Below, one piece after another: positions 24,230 through 26,314 of a DNA stretch of 26,314 nt. The DNA lies in the NCBI GenBank assembly GCA_017614625.1, contig JAGABK010000068.1:1-26314 (forward strand), read 5' to 3'. The DNA is from Spirochaetales bacterium (GTDB lineage: Bacteria > Spirochaetota > Spirochaetia > Sphaerochaetales > Sphaerochaetaceae). Every line of letters starts with the position of its first letter. The stretch's first letter is position 1. The position numbers were made by a program, and so were the translations under genes. Under the pieces are notes generated by a model. It ran no database searches and had not been told where the DNA came from. It saw only the letters and a list, made by a program, of their open reading frames with translations.

Positions 24230-24982
24230 CGCTACCGGGTATCCTCTTCTGTATTCGTACATCAGGATTCCCGCCGCCACTGACACGTTTAGCGAATCGA
24301 TGTGCCCCGACATGGGAATTGAAACTATGTGGTCGCATTTGGCGCGCACCAGGGAGCGCATTCCGCTTCCCTCGCTGCCCATGACTATGACCGTGCGCTT
24401 GGAGAAGCGGATGTCGTAGGACGAGTCCCCCGCCATGTCCGCGCCGTAGACCCAGAAGCCGTGGTCCTTCAGGACGTCCAGCTCCCTGGCAAGGTTGGTG
24501 ACGGTGGACATGGTCACGTACTGCGCAGCTCCGGAAGAGATGCGGATGACCGTCTCGTTGGCGCTTGCGCTCCTGCGCTCGGGAACGATGATCAGGGCCG
24601 CCGAGAACTGGTCGGCGCTTCTGAGGATGGCTCCCAGGTTGTGCGGGTCGGTGATCTCGTCCAGGGCGAGCACCAGGGCCCCCTGCCCGTCCTTCAGGCC
24701 CTTGCAGAAATCAAGGACGGAAATCTCGCGGATCCTTCCGCCCTGCGTCTGGGTGCTTCTGGCGCCGAGGTCCAGCACGGCTCCCCTGTGGTCGGTGTTG
24801 CCGGCAAGCTTGTCCAGCTCCATCTCGGAGACCTTCTTGACTGCGGTCTTTCCGTTGGACATGGCCTTGAACTCAAGCGAGCTGTTTCTCTTGTCGCCCC
24901 TGAGCAGATAGAGGGTGCTGCCGCGGGAAGCGTTCTTCAGCGCTTCCTCGATTGCATGGATTCCTGTGATTTTGGTGCCCAT
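24224..24982 (-). CDS. rlmB: 23S rRNA (Gm2251) 2'-O-methyltransferase, TrmH/SpoU family, 252 aa
   Basis: GIHAIEEAL N-terminus and SPOUT motifs LDEITDPHNLGAILRSA, VMGSEGSG, IPMSGHIDSLNVSVAAGILMYE. Confidence 0.9.
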   Translation of the reverse strand: MGTKITGIHAIEEALKNASRGSTLYLLRGDKRNSSLEFKAMSNGKTAVKKVSEMELDKLAGNTDHRGAVLDLGARSTQTQGGRIREISVLDFCKGLKDGQGALVLALDEITDPHNLGAILRSADQFSAALIIVPERRSASANETVIRISSGAAQYVTMSTVTNLARELDVLKDHGFWVYGADMAGDSSYDIRFSKRTVIVMGSEGSGMRSLVRAKCDHIVSIPMSGHIDSLNVSVAAGILMYEYRRGYPVAR

Positions 24983-24994
24983 TCAAGCCTCGCT

Positions 24995-26116
24995 TCAATT
25001 GTTCTCGAACTGCACCGGAGTCGGAGAGTCGTTCTCGCCCATGGCCTCTGACAGTTCCTTCATGATCTGCCTTGCCTTGAGGCCGAGCCTCCTGGGAGTC
25101 TCGATCTGGACCTTGATGTACATGTCTCCGCGGGAGTCGGAGTTGCGGTATCTGGGAAGACCCTGCCCCTTCACGCGGATGATCTTCCCGTTCTGGATTC
25201 CGGCAGGGATGCTGACTTTGATGGTCTCATCCTGCAGGTTCCTCACATTTATATCGAGTCCGAGCGCAGCCTGGGTCATCGAAATGGGAATCTGCACGTA
25301 AAGGTCCTCGCCGCTTCTGACAAAGTACCTGTGCGGTCTGACGTTCACGCGGACATAAAGGTCGCCCGGTGTTGCCACGTTGGCCACGGCGTTTCCCATC
25401 TGCGGGATTATGATGTCGCTTCCGCTCTCGATTCCGGCGGGGATCTTGATCTTCAGGGTCTGGCTCTTGCGCACCGTTCCTGTTCCGCGGCAGTTGGGAC
25501 ACGGGTCGGATATGACCGAACCGCGGCCTCCGCAGGTCGGGCATGTCCTGGACATGGAGAAGAAACCGCTGGACTGTCTGATCTGGCCTGCTCCGCCGCA
25601 TGTGGGGCAGGTCCTGTTGGAAGCCGTTCCCTTTGCGGATCCGGTTCCGTGGCAGGCCTCGCAGGCCACCTGGTGCGAATAGGTCATCTCCTTCTTGAAA
25701 TCTGCGACTATGTCCTGGAGGTCGACCTCGATGTTGACCCTTATGCTCTGGCCGACGTTGGGATTGCCCTGCGAACGTGAACGCGAGGCCCCTCCGAACC
25801 CGAACAGGTCCTCGAAGATGCTTCCGAAACCGCCTGAGAACAGGTCGCTGAAGTCCCTGTAGGCCGCGCCGCCGAAGCCCTGCGAGCCGTCGACGCCTGC
25901 GAAGCCGTAGCTGTCGTAGTTCTTTCTCTTGGTCTCGTCGGAAAGGACCTCGTAGGCCTCCGTGGCTTCCTTGAAGCGCTCCTCGGCCGCCTTGTCGCCC
26001 GGGTTCTTGTCCGGGTGGTTCTCTATGGCGAGCTTCCTGTAGGCTTTCTTTATTTCCTCCTGGGTGGCGTTCTTCTGGACGCCCAGGACTTCATAGTAAT
26101 CACGTTTGTCAGCCAT
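24995..26116 (-). CDS. dnaJ: Molecular chaperone DnaJ, 373 aa
   Basis: Start at ATG 26116 ([13 protein letters not shown]). HPD motif, G/F-rich region, four CxxCxGxG zinc-finger repeats, C-terminal domain. Confidence 0.98.
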   Translation of the reverse strand: MADKRDYYEVLGVQKNATQEEIKKAYRKLAIENHPDKNPGDKAAEERFKEATEAYEVLSDETKRKNYDSYGFAGVDGSQGFGGAAYRDFSDLFSGGFGSIFEDLFGFGGASRSRSQGNPNVGQSIRVNIEVDLQDIVADFKKEMTYSHQVACEACHGTGSAKGTASNRTCPTCGGAGQIRQSSGFFSMSRTCPTCGGRGSVISDPCPNCRGTGTVRKSQTLKIKIPAGIESGSDIIIPQMGNAVANVATPGDLYVRVNVRPHRYFVRSGEDLYVQIPISMTQAALGLDINVRNLQDETIKVSIPAGIQNGKIIRVKGQGLPRYRNSDSRGDMYIKVQIETPRRLGLKARQIMKELSEAMGENDSPTPVQFENN

Positions 26117-26176
26117 AACGATCAATAAACCTTCTTTAAGGATAAATTAACAAAAAATCCGTCATTAGTACACAGA

Positions 26177-26200
26177 GAAGCCGGCCTTTCGACCGGCTCC
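26177..26200 (-). terminator. Hairpin between dnaK and dnaJ (weak terminator or mRNA-stabilising stem)
   Basis: Minus strand GAGCCGGTC-GAAA-GGCCGGCTT, a 9-bp stem with a GAAA tetraloop, followed by only a weak U tail (CTCTGT). Confidence 0.55.
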
Positions 26201-26224
26201 CTTTCGTGCAGCGTACTGCAGCTG

Positions 26225-26314
26225 TTAATTGACGACCTCGTAGTCGGCGTCTGTGGCACCAGCGTTGCCCGGGCCTCCCTGTGCGCCGCCCTGCGGTCCC
26301 TGGGGACCTGCGCC
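26225..26314 (-). CDS. dnaK: Molecular chaperone DnaK, last 29 codons (partial, runs off the right edge)
   Basis: Manual translation GAGPQGPQGGAQGGPGNAGATDADYEVVN*. The Gly-rich tail ending in DADYEVV, directly upstream of dnaJ, is typical of DnaK. Confidence 0.85.
   Translation of the reverse strand, partial: GAGPQGPQGGAQGGPGNAGATDADYEVVN

Noticed and set aside
24040-24384. ORFs crossing the nonamer array (24040-24384+, 24050-24283+, 24147-24338-)
   Set aside because: They are low-complexity tripeptide read-outs of a 9-bp repeat. The plus-strand ones have TTG starts and no SD, and all three overlap rlmB. There is no evidence they are translated, although ribosome profiling would be needed to exclude it.
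933-26125. Upstream-extended starts in the ORF track (2543, 4464, 5864, 6496, 9191, 18046, 19902, 26125)
   Set aside because: Downstream ATGs give proper signal peptides or conserved N-termini, supported by an SD, an ATGA overlap or -10 geometry. The extensions overlap neighbouring genes or promoters.
1-26314. Mobile elements, tRNA or rRNA genes
   Set aside because: I recognised no transposase, integrase, terminal inverted repeats with target duplications, or tRNA/rRNA signatures.

Overview
Bacterial chromosomal window, most likely from a Spirochaetota member of the Sphaerochaetaceae. This is inferred from 'MKK...FA(N/Q)G..E' solute-binding-protein leaders and spirochete-type lipoboxes; it was not confirmed by a search. 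The window has three parts. (1) Two related cell-surface gene blocks (933-8367 and 18193-23770) together encode five Wzi-like (capsule-assembly family) outer-membrane beta-barrel proteins, two CotH-kinase-family lipoproteins and two small ~200-aa signal-peptide beta-barrel proteins. A Wzi-like + small barrel + CotH trio occurs twice, in opposite orientations. (2) Between the blocks lies a ~9.7-kb amino-sugar locus: nagA-nagB, a divergent FbpA/AfuA-family ABC transporter, and a convergent HAD hydrolase / phosphohexomutase / N-acylglucosamine 2-epimerase operon. It contains no kinase, PTS or regulator gene. (3) The housekeeping run dnaK (3' end)-dnaJ-rlmB is followed by a ~300-bp multi-block nonamer repeat array and an 18-bp direct repeat. 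The window starts inside another ABC solute-binding-protein gene. Several genes appear to be leaderless (a -10 box 6-7 nt before the ATG, with no Shine-Dalgarno). I saw no rRNA, tRNA, CRISPR array or mobile element. All family assignments come from motif recognition by eye; no database search was run.
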